54,491 bases of DNA from Candidatus Wildermuthbacteria bacterium RIFCSPHIGHO2_02_FULL_45_25 (GCA_001823215.1 MHTV01000042.1:1-54491); one strand, 5' to 3'. Counted from the stretch's first letter, positions 36,053-44,794 are shown. A program made the numbers and translations. The notes: a model not told the origin generated them from the sequence alone.

Positions 36053-36203
36053 ATGTCATGTATTTTTGCCATCGGATTTTGAGAGCACGGATATTTTTCT
36101 GCTGAAAAATTCCTCGTACTCCCCCTACCACTCGTGGCGAGGGGCTCGCGCGTCAGTCGCGCTCCCAAGTCTCTCAAAATCCGATGGCAAAAATGCATGA
36201 CAT
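36053..36203 (+). repeat. hairpin-embedded conserved-core element, copy B (33-nt arms + 85-nt core)
   Basis: Arms 36053-36085 and 36171-36203 are reverse complements with one mismatch. The core 36086-36170 matches copy A with compensatory changes in its first hairpin. Confidence 0.8.
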
Positions 36204-36206
36204 CGC

Positions 36207-37130
36207 TTACTCCCCTTCATGAAATCGAAAGTACGCAAGAATTCCATTTACCACTCCTTGCGCGGCAAGTTGTGGCTTATCAATCAAAATTTGCCTATCA
36301 ACGGAATTTGACAGGAAACCTGCTTCCAGAATCACAGCAGGAGTTCCGGGCGCAAGCGCATTGGCAAATTTTTCATAATTGAACGCGTAATAATGAGTCA
36401 TGGCAGGTGGAATATACTCGTCAATAGGAAGGTTTGTTGCCTTGCCGTACTCTTCCTCAATCAATGCCGCAAGATTGTTCCCTTCTCCCTTGTCCCACCA
36501 TGGAGCCGCTATTTTAAATCCGGAATCTTTGCGCGGAGAATTTCCATCGGCATGAATAGCAATAAAAGCATCTGCCGTGTAGTTCGGCGGGATAACGGTT
36601 GGCAAAAGTTCCGTGCGTATGCCCTCCTTATCTAAGAGCATGGCAATATGCCAAGCGATCATATAATTTACCTGCCATTCCATCTTCCCGCCTCCGGAAG
36701 CTCCATGATTATCTTCAAGCCGCGACAACTCTTCCGGGACCTCATCGTTTTTCCAGTGTCCAATCTGAATTCCCACCTTCCATTCTTTCGCAACCGAAGT
36801 CGGCTGAACCGAAAAACGCGCCGAAGGCAACGGCAAAGGTTGTATGGATAAGGTTGGCGCGGGCGAGATGATCTGCAACGCCCGAGGAGTTTGGGATGGC
36901 ACCGCCGGAAAGACGGTCAAAATTGGAATTTCAGGTACCTCATCTGAACTCTTTCCATGATACTCCAAACGAGTATCATCAGAAGCAGAAGTGATTTTTT
37001 CTTCAAAAGCTTGCTCATCCCAATCCACACCTCCAACTCTATTTGCCGCAAACAGATATCCAACTCCGCAAAGTCCGATACAAACAACAGCCCATGCGGT
37101 CTTTTTTTGTTCAAAAAAACGTTTGAACAT
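36207..37130 (-). CDS. N-acetylmuramoyl-L-alanine amidase (Amidase_3) with N-terminal anchor
   Basis: N-terminal TM, then KVGIQIGHW..., DAFIAIHADGN and EAGFLSN motifs typical of MurNAc-LAA amidases. Confidence 0.8.
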   Translation of the reverse strand: MFKRFFEQKKTAWAVVCIGLCGVGYLFAANRVGGVDWDEQAFEEKITSASDDTRLEYHGKSSDEVPEIPILTVFPAVPSQTPRALQIISPAPTLSIQPLPLPSARFSVQPTSVAKEWKVGIQIGHWKNDEVPEELSRLEDNHGASGGGKMEWQVNYMIAWHIAMLLDKEGIRTELLPTVIPPNYTADAFIAIHADGNSPRKDSGFKIAAPWWDKGEGNNLAALIEEEYGKATNLPIDEYIPPAMTHYYAFNYEKFANALAPGTPAVILEAGFLSNSVDRQILIDKPQLAAQGVVNGILAYFRFHEGE

Positions 37131-37134
37131 GCCA

Positions 37135-38904
37135 TTATTTTAATTGCGAAAGAAATTCCTTGAGAGAAAACGTATTCAAGATATCTTTTTTCTCGGCCCA
37201 TCCTCGCCTGGCCTGCGCGATACCCAACGGTAAAAACGCATACTGTTCCATCGCGTGCGCGTCTGAATCAATCACCATGCGTGCCCCGCGCTCCACACAT
37301 CTTCGAATAAAGTTATCCTTGAGATCCAAGCGTTCGGGAGAAGCGTTAATTTCAAGAATTGTTTTTGTTTCCTTGGCTTTGGCGATGACAACTTCCATAT
37401 CAAGCTCGATTGGTTTGCGCTTGTTAATCAGTCGGCCCGTGGGATGAAAAAGAATATCAACGTGCGGATTCTTCATCGCCGCGACAACCCTGGCGGTTTG
37501 TTCTGATAGCGATAAATTAAAATGAGTATGCACCGCGGCTCCCACCACATCCAATTGCGAAAGTACCTCATCTGCAATATCCAAAGATCCGTCTTTGAGG
37601 ATATTCACTTCAGCTCCCTTAAGAATACATACCTTTTTCCCTTGAAGCCGAAGTTTTGCGTTCAACGTATCAATTTCCTTCATCTGCCGCAAAAGTTTTT
37701 CCTCATCAGTGCCATTTGTCATCGCAAGAGACTTGGTATGATCGGTGATCGCGATATATTCCAATCCCATTTGTTCGGCCGCCAGCGCCATTTCTTCAAT
37801 AGAATTTTTTCCATCGGTCCAATCGGTTTGAACCTGCAGATCTCCTTTCAAATCGCTGTATCCAATGAGCTTTGGCAACCATGGTTTTTCCCCGTGAAAT
37901 TCGCGGATTGCCGCGTCAATCTCTCCTGTATCCTCGCGAAGTTCCGGCTCCATATAACTCATCTCAAGTTTTTCATAAATTTCCTTCTCCGTTTTGCCAG
38001 CTACCATCTTCTTCCCTTTGAACAAGCCGTATTCATTCATTTTATATCCTTTTTTAATCGCAATTTTTCGCAGCGCAACGTTATGCGCTTTGGAACCCGT
38101 AAAGTAATTCAAAGCCGCGCCCCATGATTCCTCCGGGATAACTCTTACATCAACCTCCAAACCATTCCGCAAACGCACATTTATTTTTGTTGTTCCTTTC
38201 CCAAAAACGTGCCTGACCGATGGCAATGCAAGAAATTGCTCGGTTACTTTCTCTGGCTTATCGGTGCAAATCAGCAAATCCACGTCTCCAATTGTTTCTT
38301 TTCTTCGGCGCAAGGAACCTGCGATGGCGACTTTTCTTACTTCCTTGAATTTGACTACTGCTATCTCCAATTCTCGGGCATGATGAAGCGCGATTCCCAA
38401 TGGCTTTCTGCCCCCCGTTTGTTGGAGAAACTCAATTCCGCGGAGAATCTTTTCTTGCGACTTCTTTCCGAAACCCGGCAATTTTTGAATCTTCCCCGCT
38501 CTTGCCGCTTTTTCCAAATCATTGAGATTTTTAATTTTCAACCGTTCCCAAAGCATACTGATGGTTTGAGGCCCCACTCCTTCCACCGCCATCAGTTCTT
38601 CAATTTGAACCGGTGTTTTTGCCTTCAACTCGCGATATTCTTCAAAACTCCCTTTGGTCAAGAGCTGCTCGATATGAAATGCAATTCCCTTCCCGACTCC
38701 TGGAATTTTCTGCAAGCCGACGATTCCTTCGCGTTTATACAGGATGCCGATATCTTCATGAAAAGCAGCCACACTTTCGGCCGCTTTTTCATACGCGCGC
38801 GGCTTAAACTCTACATGATGCATCGCATACAAAACCGCCATTTCAGAAAGGATATTGGCGATTTGAGCATTATCCAATTGTTTGAGGTTTGCTTGCCTTG
38901 TCAT
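37135..38904 (-). CDS. polX: family X DNA polymerase with C-terminal PHP domain
   Basis: HhH motifs, GSLRRRKETIGDVDLLI nucleotidyltransferase motif, and PHP histidines (AITDHT..., VHTH, DSDAH). Confidence 0.92.
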   Translation of the reverse strand: MTRQANLKQLDNAQIANILSEMAVLYAMHHVEFKPRAYEKAAESVAAFHEDIGILYKREGIVGLQKIPGVGKGIAFHIEQLLTKGSFEEYRELKAKTPVQIEELMAVEGVGPQTISMLWERLKIKNLNDLEKAARAGKIQKLPGFGKKSQEKILRGIEFLQQTGGRKPLGIALHHARELEIAVVKFKEVRKVAIAGSLRRRKETIGDVDLLICTDKPEKVTEQFLALPSVRHVFGKGTTKINVRLRNGLEVDVRVIPEESWGAALNYFTGSKAHNVALRKIAIKKGYKMNEYGLFKGKKMVAGKTEKEIYEKLEMSYMEPELREDTGEIDAAIREFHGEKPWLPKLIGYSDLKGDLQVQTDWTDGKNSIEEMALAAEQMGLEYIAITDHTKSLAMTNGTDEEKLLRQMKEIDTLNAKLRLQGKKVCILKGAEVNILKDGSLDIADEVLSQLDVVGAAVHTHFNLSLSEQTARVVAAMKNPHVDILFHPTGRLINKRKPIELDMEVVIAKAKETKTILEINASPERLDLKDNFIRRCVERGARMVIDSDAHAMEQYAFLPLGIAQARRGWAEKKDILNTFSLKEFLSQLK

Positions 38905-38922
38905 GGAGAATAGTTTTCCTTC

Positions 38923-38951
38923 TTGACAACTTCAGATAAAAACGGTAATCT
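38923..38951 (+). promoter_or_regulatory. candidate promoter diverging from polX
   Basis: TTGACA (38923-38928), 17-nt spacer, TAATCT (38946-38951). Confidence 0.45.
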
Positions 38952-38957
38952 GAAAAT

Positions 38958-39059
38958 TGTCCACAATGAGAAGGGCGACTGGAATTCACTCATCCCCGCG
39001 GGGAGTGATTTCCTCCGCCCCATTGGGAACATACACGACCACTAAGCGTCGTGTTTTTT
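38958..39059 (+). ncRNA. candidate small RNA of about 100 nt (unclassified)
   Basis: A promoter lies upstream. An extended imperfect hairpin spans 38973-39020 (GGGCG..GGAA.TCACT..CCC/GGG..AGTGA.TTCC..CGCCC). A plus-oriented intrinsic terminator follows (acacgac-N8-gtcgtgt-ttttt, 39033-39059). There is no plus-strand gene and no SD-led ORF. Confidence 0.35.
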
Positions 39060-39825
39060 ATGCCGCAAGCCAGCCCCCGTCCACATAGAACGTTGCGCCG
39101 GTTACATAACTCGACTCTTCCGAAGCAAGAAACACTGCCATTGCCGCAATCTCTTCTGGCTTTCCCATGCGCTTGAGAGGCACGCGAGCCACAATTTCCT
39201 TCAGCATAGCTTCACCAAATTTCGTTTGAGGATCTCTGATCATCGGGGTATCAATAATTCCCGGAGCTACCACATTCACTGTAATTCCCAACTCCGCCCA
39301 TTCTGCGGCAAGCGTTTCTGACATCCCGATCACTCCACCTTTGGAAGCCGCGTAATGCACAGATCCCGCAAAACCAATTCCGACTCCTCCTGAAGCAATG
39401 GAAGCGATATTGATAATTCTGCCCCATTTCTTTTTTGCCATCTCTCTGGCGGCGGCTTGCGCGCACAAAAATTGCCCCTTGAGATTAATTGCCAACAGCG
39501 CATCCCATTCTTCCTCTAAAATCTCCAACGCCGGCTTTTGGATATACACCCCTGCGTTATTCACAAGAATATCCAACCCCCCGAATTCTTTCACGATTTG
39601 AGCGACTCCGGATTCCACTTCGTCTTTTTTTGAAACATCTATCCTCAACGCAATTGCCTCTCCCCCATTGCTATTGATTTCGTCTGCCACCTTCTGGCAA
39701 TTTTCTTTACTCAAATCGCTTAGTCCAACCTTTGCGCCCTGTTGCGCCAACGCAAGAGCGTCAGCTTTTCCCATACCCCTTTGCGCACCCGTTACAAGTG
39801 CAACTTTTCCTTGAAGATTAAACAT
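39058..39825 (-). CDS. SDR-family oxidoreductase (FabG/glucose-1-dehydrogenase-like)
   Basis: TGAQRGMGKA cofactor motif, NNAG, and catalytic YAASKGG (YxxxK). Confidence 0.9.
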   Translation of the reverse strand: MFNLQGKVALVTGAQRGMGKADALALAQQGAKVGLSDLSKENCQKVADEINSNGGEAIALRIDVSKKDEVESGVAQIVKEFGGLDILVNNAGVYIQKPALEILEEEWDALLAINLKGQFLCAQAAAREMAKKKWGRIINIASIASGGVGIGFAGSVHYAASKGGVIGMSETLAAEWAELGITVNVVAPGIIDTPMIRDPQTKFGEAMLKEIVARVPLKRMGKPEEIAAMAVFLASEESSYVTGATFYVDGGWLAA

Positions 39826-39922
39826 ATCTTTATCTTAGCATATCTATTTGTATCTGCGCTTGGCTAAAGCATTGACTGTGGATTCAATGGAGTTCATTGG
39901 AACGGCAAGTCAAAACTATTCT

Positions 39923-40732
39923 CTACAAGATTTTCCGTACAATACTCCTCCCCAGCACCGCAAGAATAAGCATTCCGGATCCCGTTAGAATAATTGTCGA
40001 ACCCGAAGGAATATCCAGGTAATAGGAAATCAGCAAGCCAATGCCAATCGCAAATTCCCCCGCAATAATACTTAACGTTACAAGTCCGATAAAAGAAGGC
40101 GCTAACAATTTTCCAATGGCGGCCGGGATAATCAGCAACGCGCTCACGAGAATAATTCCAAGAAGCTTCACTCCCAGAACAATCGTAACAGAAAGAAGAA
40201 TATAGAAAAGCAAATTCAGCAATTCGGTGTTCATTCCAGATGTCCACGCAGTCTCCCGATCAAAAGCAATCATGGTGAAATGCCGAGCATACCAGAAAAG
40301 AACACTAAAAATCACCGCGGCAAGGCCAGCAATCACGAGCATATCCGTCTGGGAAATAGCCAAGATATTCCCAAAAAGAAAGGTGATCAGATCGGGCTGG
40401 TACCCATGCTGAAAACTCATAAGCACCACTCCCAAAGCCAAACCGCTTGTAAACAAAACTCCGATCACCACGTCCGAAGATAGATTTGTTTTATGTTCGA
40501 GCGCATATACGCCAATTCCAAAAGCAATTCCAACCGCCAACGCGCCCCAAAAAGGATTCGCGCCTGTTACGATTCCAAGCGCGATTCCCGCCAACGAAGC
40601 GTGCGCGATGCCGTCTCCAAAAAAAGCCATGCGCCGCATACTCACAAAAACTCCCAAAAACGGCAAAATCAATCCTATGGCGATTCCAGCCAGCAGCGCT
40701 CTCTGCATAAAAGCCAATGTAAGAAATTCCAT
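39923..40732 (-). CDS. znuB: metal ABC transporter permease (ABC-3 family)
   Basis: 269 aa with 8-9 TM helices in the ABC-3 pattern, in an operon with an ATPase and a TroA-type binding protein. Confidence 0.85.
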   Translation of the reverse strand: MEFLTLAFMQRALLAGIAIGLILPFLGVFVSMRRMAFFGDGIAHASLAGIALGIVTGANPFWGALAVGIAFGIGVYALEHKTNLSSDVVIGVLFTSGLALGVVLMSFQHGYQPDLITFLFGNILAISQTDMLVIAGLAAVIFSVLFWYARHFTMIAFDRETAWTSGMNTELLNLLFYILLSVTIVLGVKLLGIILVSALLIIPAAIGKLLAPSFIGLVTLSIIAGEFAIGIGLLISYYLDIPSGSTIILTGSGMLILAVLGRSIVRKIL

Positions 40733-40738
40733 AATGCT

Positions 40739-41452
40739 TCAGCGTAGGGATGCGTGATGATATAATGTCGCGCCCATTCCAAAAATCTGCTCGAGCAATT
40801 CAGGAGTAAGTACGTCTCGGGGCGCACCCTCGCATAATAATTTCTTATTCAGACAAATCACTTGCGTGGCAAAATGGAATACCACATCGAGTTCATGGGA
40901 AACCATAACAATCGTATTCTTATATTGCTTGTGCAAACGATCCACTAATTCATAGAATGTCTGCTCCCCTCCCACGTCAATTCCGGCCGATGGCTCGTCT
41001 AAATACAGAATTTTCGGGTCATGTATCATTGCCCTTACCAGCAGAACACGTTGAAGCTGTCCGCCAGATAATGAACCAACAAGCGCTGTTTTCGCCTGCG
41101 CCATTCCAAAAAAATTCAAATATTCTTCAATCTTTTGGGATGGACATTCAAAATGGGAAAATTTCAGGAATTCCCAGACTGTCAAAGGAAATGTCCGGTC
41201 AAAAGAAAATTTCTGCGGCACATAACCAATAAAATTCCTCGCCTCTTTCGGTTGTTTTCCAAATACCGAAATGGTTCCCTTCTGGGGTTTGAGAATCCCC
41301 AGCAAAAGCTTCAGTAATGTTGTTTTTCCTGATCCATTGGGTCCGATAATTGCCGTTACCGCGCCAGTTTCAACGCAAAAACTCACTTCTTGCACTACGA
41401 GCGAAGACGTGTATGCAAACGCCACATTGGTTACTTCAATTGCGTTTTCCAT
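40739..41452 (-). CDS. znuC: metal ABC transporter ATP-binding protein
   Basis: Walker A GPNGSGKTTLL, signature LSGGQLQR, Walker B ILYLDEP. Confidence 0.9.
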   Translation of the reverse strand: MENAIEVTNVAFAYTSSLVVQEVSFCVETGAVTAIIGPNGSGKTTLLKLLLGILKPQKGTISVFGKQPKEARNFIGYVPQKFSFDRTFPLTVWEFLKFSHFECPSQKIEEYLNFFGMAQAKTALVGSLSGGQLQRVLLVRAMIHDPKILYLDEPSAGIDVGGEQTFYELVDRLHKQYKNTIVMVSHELDVVFHFATQVICLNKKLLCEGAPRDVLTPELLEQIFGMGATLYHHASLR

Positions 41453-41454
41453 GG

Positions 41455-42381
41455 TTATTTCAACGCCTGTGAAATCGCATTTCCATTATACCTCATCAAC
41501 CCGATATAGCTATCTCTGCCTTCCACTCCTCCAGCTTCATCCAAAAGTGAAAGCGCAAGATTATTATCTTTGGCAAACTGCCGCAACGATTCGCTGTTCA
41601 TTTGCGGTTCGGCAAACAAAACCTTTATGTTATTTGTTTGTATTTCCTCCCGCAAGCGAGCAAGAAATTGCGGAGTTGGTTCTTCTCCGGCTCGCGGCTC
41701 AAAAGTGCCCACAATATGCAAATCGAAATTCTGGGCAAAGTAATAAAACGCGTCGTGCAAGGTAATGATATTTCTGCTTTCAAGTGTCGAGAGCTGTTCT
41801 TTGATTTCATGTTCCGCAAGGGAAAGCTCCTGTCCGTACACCCGCGCGTTTTCCCTGTAATCTGCTTCATGTTCCGAATCCAACTCTCCCAGCTTCCGAG
41901 CGATGGTATCTGCGATTATTCTCGCGTTTTCGAATGATAACCAATAATGGGGATCAATCGGGCCATGGTCGCGCGCTTCTCCTTCCTCTCCGTGTTCTTC
42001 GAGAGATGAGAGCAACGCAATCCCTTGATCAACCAGTGTAATTTCGCTTCCCGGAATTGCTTCTTTTGCTTTTGTTACCCAATCATCCGCACCGTATCCA
42101 ATGGCAAAAATTGCCTTTGTTCCTTGAAGATTCGCCAACTGGCGAGGAGAAAATTCATAAAAATGAGGCGAGGCGCCAGGAGGCACCAGGAGCTCAACAT
42201 TCGCATATTCGCCGGCAACATTTTTCGCAATATCATACAAAGGGGAAAAAGTCGCCGCCACTTTCAACTGCTTTTCATCCCGCCCATCCTCTCTCGCAGA
42301 ATCCCACAAAGCCCAAATTCCATACCCGGCAAACAAAACTGCGAAAAGCGTGGCGATCCCGATAGGGAAAAATTTTTTCAT
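41455..42381 (-). CDS. znuA: metal (probably zinc) ABC transporter substrate-binding protein, TroA/ZnuA family
   Basis: Signal peptide and cluster-9 SBP layout. The acidic, His-rich loop EEHGEEGEARDHGPIDPH is typical of ZnuA. The metal specificity is inference. Confidence 0.8.
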   Translation of the reverse strand: MKKFFPIGIATLFAVLFAGYGIWALWDSAREDGRDEKQLKVAATFSPLYDIAKNVAGEYANVELLVPPGASPHFYEFSPRQLANLQGTKAIFAIGYGADDWVTKAKEAIPGSEITLVDQGIALLSSLEEHGEEGEARDHGPIDPHYWLSFENARIIADTIARKLGELDSEHEADYRENARVYGQELSLAEHEIKEQLSTLESRNIITLHDAFYYFAQNFDLHIVGTFEPRAGEEPTPQFLARLREEIQTNNIKVLFAEPQMNSESLRQFAKDNNLALSLLDEAGGVEGRDSYIGLMRYNGNAISQALK

Positions 42382-42389
42382 ACACTTTT

Positions 42390-42419
42390 ATCTTAACGCA
42401 ACGCAGTTGCGAGTGTCAA
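42390..42419 (-). promoter_or_regulatory. candidate znuA promoter with a dyad in the spacer
   Basis: Minus strand TTGACA (42419-42414), spacer containing GCAAC-TGC-GTTGC, then TTAAGA/TAAGAT (42396-42390) ending only 8-9 nt before the ATG. No SD is present, so the mRNA is possibly leaderless. Confidence 0.4.
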
Positions 42420-42428
42420 GTTGATGCT

Positions 42429-42480
42429 TCTGGGGATTGGGAACATTGTGCTTGCAAGCACAATGTTCCCAATCCCCAGA
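42429..42480. repeat. 52-nt perfect palindrome (26-bp arms, no loop)
   Basis: tctggggattgggaacattgtgcttg|caagcacaatgttcccaatccccaga is exactly self-complementary. It lies just upstream of the znuA -35. Confidence 0.9.
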
Positions 42481-42510
42481 TTTTCCAAATCCAAATAGCA
42501 TGAGTGCACA

Positions 42511-42569
42511 GAAAAACAAAACTGCCTCTACCGGCAGAAAAAAAACGAGCCAGACAAAGAATGTCTGGC
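42511..42569 (-). terminator. tandem intrinsic terminators
   Basis: On the minus strand, ggccagaca-ttctt-tgtctggc is followed by tcg plus T8. Then ctgcc-ggtaga-ggcag is followed by ttttgttttt. Confidence 0.7.
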
Positions 42570-42830
42570 CCTAGAGAAAAATAAGGATGTGCGCTCCTCG
42601 GAAACTGAAGTGCAAGCGGCACTCATTTCCATTTTTTAATGAATAAGGAGGTAAGGAGAGGAAGTGTTTTCGCAAAAAGACATCCTTCCAATCATCCTTA
42701 CATTACTGTTACATTAAAAAGAACTGCTAAGAAAAAGGGGCATGTTAACACGTTATTTAAGGGAGTCCATCCAACTATGCTCAACTTTTCGCATTTGGCG
42801 ACCCAGGTGCCAACTCGTCCCCTTCTTCTT
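42538..42830 (-). ncRNA. candidate non-coding transcript of about 290 nt (unclassified) upstream of the znu operon
   Basis: It is bounded by a perfect consensus promoter (42837-42864) and the tandem terminators. Only mini-ORFs without an SD lie in this orientation. It contains a CU-rich tract (cttcctctccttacctcctt). Confidence 0.4.
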
Positions 42831-42836
42831 GCCGCC

Positions 42837-42864
42837 ATTATACACGAGCAAGAAATATTGTCAA
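42837..42864 (-). promoter_or_regulatory. consensus sigma70-type promoter
   Basis: Minus strand TTGACA (42864-42859), 16-nt spacer, TATAAT (42842-42837). It lies immediately after the terminator of the upstream gene. Confidence 0.65.
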
Positions 42865-42880
42865 GCAGCAGAGGGGCCAA

Positions 42881-42915
42881 GAACAAAACAAAAGGGGATG
42901 CATGAGCATCCCCTT
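42881..42915 (-). terminator. rho-independent terminator of the 42930-43490 gene
   Basis: aaggggatgc-atga-gcatcccctt, followed on the minus strand by ttgttttgttc. Confidence 0.7.
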
Positions 42916-42929
42916 ATTTCCTTTACTCC

Positions 42930-43490
42930 TCACTGCTCTCCCAACATCTCTTCCACTAAAGTCGCATGGAACTCATCGCGGAATTTCATTCCTTCAAGTT
43001 CCGTGCCTCTTACCCTACACAGAATAATGTTCGGGCGCTGTTCCATTGCTTTGCGCAACTCCGCGAATCTCCCCTCCGAAGAAACATGGATTTCGCCTCG
43101 ATAAATCCCCCGAAGCTCAACAGTCAGCGGATTCTCCTTTACCACAGGACTTTCCAACCGAATCCGCCGCAGAGTGAGAATCGTTCGCCTGGGCAGGAAT
43201 GCTTCAGCAACAAATACCGGAGGGAATAATTCCCTCTCATTTGTCAACACAAGTTGAGTTAAAGGGAAATTTGCTTCTCCTGCGGCGCGCATGAGAGCTT
43301 CAGTACATGTTTCAAGCCCACACGCCCCCGGTCTTCTCTCAATCTCGACTTCCAACAGAACTGCCTCCCCATTCACCTCCCGAACAATCACCCATAACCC
43401 ATTAGGACTTTGGACAGATATCAGAACAGTACTCCTAATTCTCGCAATAAATTCCAACGTCGTTCCTCTCTTTCTGCACAGGATACCCAC
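42930..43490 (-). CDS. hypothetical protein
   Basis: 186-aa ORF with normal composition and its own terminator. No family recognised. Confidence 0.55.
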   Translation of the reverse strand: MGILCRKRGTTLEFIARIRSTVLISVQSPNGLWVIVREVNGEAVLLEVEIERRPGACGLETCTEALMRAAGEANFPLTQLVLTNERELFPPVFVAEAFLPRRTILTLRRIRLESPVVKENPLTVELRGIYRGEIHVSSEGRFAELRKAMEQRPNIILCRVRGTELEGMKFRDEFHATLVEEMLGEQ

Positions 43491-43514
43491 CTTTTACATC
43501 ATCTTTCTTAAAAG

Positions 43515-44780
43515 TCAATGGGAATCGCGCAACTCTTCTCCCGCATGACTGCCCGCCACATATCCGGTAGTCCAGCACAGTTGAAGAGAATAACCTCCCG
43601 ACGGACGATTAACATGCAAAAGATCACCTGTAATATACAGGTTGTCATATAGTTTCGATCGCATACTGCGGGTATCAATTTCCTCCAGCACAGCTCCCCC
43701 ATCCACGACAATCGCGCGGTCATATCCCAGCAAATTGGTAATTGTAACCGGCAAACACTTCATCAGCTTGGCAATTTCTCTCCGTTGCTCCTTTGTAACA
43801 CTATGCACTTTTCCATCTTCGCTGATCTTTTTAGAGATTTCAACAAAGGGTGCGACAACAGCGCTTGGCATAAACTCTTTGAGCATATTCTTGAGCAGTT
43901 TATTTTTATTCCTCTCAAAGACATCCAGAATATGAGCTTCCAGTTTCCTCAAATCAACATCAGGCGTAATATCAATCTCCGCAGTTACCACGCCTTCATG
44001 CAGGAGATCGCTTACTTTCGCGGCGCTATTTAATACGCAAGGACCGGAAAGGCCAAAATGCGTAAAAAGTATTTCCCCTGTTTTGGAAAACTGTTTCTTT
44101 CCGTTCACAAAGAAAGTAATTCCTGCTTTTGCTAAAGCTACTCCCGATAATTTTTTTGCCCATTGCTCCCGCACAGCCAAAGGTACAAGCGTGGGCGTGG
44201 GAACTTGGACTGTATGTCCGAGTTTCCCCAGCCAATCGAAACCATCGCCTGTAGAACCGGTTTCAGGATGAGAGAATCCACCGGAAGAGAGGATCATGGT
44301 GTACGCGCGATATTCTCCGCGCGAACTTTTGACTCCCAATACAGACCGTTTCCCATCCGTGATAATTTCCCGAACCAGCGTATCGAGCTGAAGCATTACC
44401 TTATTTTTCCTTATATATTCTTCCAGAACGCGCACCACATCTGAAGCTCGTTCTGTCTGCGGAAAAACTCGTTTTTTCTCTTGTACCACAAGCGGCAACC
44501 CTTTTGACTCAAAAAATGCATAAGTATCTTTTACGCCAAATTGGGAAAAAGGCGAGTATAGAAATTGCTCGGCCTTCCCGTAATGTCGGAGCAATGCCCG
44601 ATCGTCAAATTCGGCATTGGCGATATTGCACCTTCCACCGCCTGTGATTCTTAACTTCTCTCCAAGCCGCTTGTTTTTTTCAAGCAAGAGCACGCGTTTG
44701 CCGCGTTCTGCCGCGCGTCCCGCGGCTATCATTCCGGAAGCTCCGCCTCCAACAACAATAACATCAAAATCTGCATTCAT
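43515..44780 (-). CDS. BaiN/RdsA (HI0933-like) family NAD(P)/FAD-dependent oxidoreductase
   Basis: N-terminal FDVIVVGGGASGMIAAGRAAE dinucleotide motif and C-terminal LYITGDLLHVNRPSGGYSLQ, typical of the HI0933 family. Confidence 0.88.
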   Translation of the reverse strand: MNADFDVIVVGGGASGMIAAGRAAERGKRVLLLEKNKRLGEKLRITGGGRCNIANAEFDDRALLRHYGKAEQFLYSPFSQFGVKDTYAFFESKGLPLVVQEKKRVFPQTERASDVVRVLEEYIRKNKVMLQLDTLVREIITDGKRSVLGVKSSRGEYRAYTMILSSGGFSHPETGSTGDGFDWLGKLGHTVQVPTPTLVPLAVREQWAKKLSGVALAKAGITFFVNGKKQFSKTGEILFTHFGLSGPCVLNSAAKVSDLLHEGVVTAEIDITPDVDLRKLEAHILDVFERNKNKLLKNMLKEFMPSAVVAPFVEISKKISEDGKVHSVTKEQRREIAKLMKCLPVTITNLLGYDRAIVVDGGAVLEEIDTRSMRSKLYDNLYITGDLLHVNRPSGGYSLQLCWTTGYVAGSHAGEELRDSH

Positions 44781-44794
44781 AAGGCATGCGCACC

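Noticed and set aside
37522-38913. 201-aa and 234-aa plus-strand ORFs.
   Set aside because: Both are antisense shadows of polX, which is supported by polymerase and PHP motifs.
39021-42451. 11-nt match attgggaacat between the sRNA candidate and the 52-nt palindrome.
   Set aside because: Matches of this length are expected many times by chance in a window of this size.
42760-42830. Possible yybP-ykoY (Mn) riboswitch at the 5' end of the orphan transcript (AAGGGGAC...GUUGAGCAUAG...GGACUCCCUU is reminiscent of GGGGAGUAG...UUGACAUA...).
   Set aside because: The resemblance is partial. The conserved GGGGAGUAG and UUGACAUA boxes are not intact, and I could not draw the four-helix fold by eye. An Infernal scan is needed, so I make no call.
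42639-42905. 88-aa plus-strand ORF and 62-aa minus-strand ORF (42698-42886) in the znuA-upstream spacer.
   Set aside because: The 62-aa ORF starts upstream of the consensus promoter that would drive this strand. The 88-aa ORF starts inside its own putative SD, runs into a terminator hairpin, and has odd composition. I treat the region as non-coding, with low certainty.
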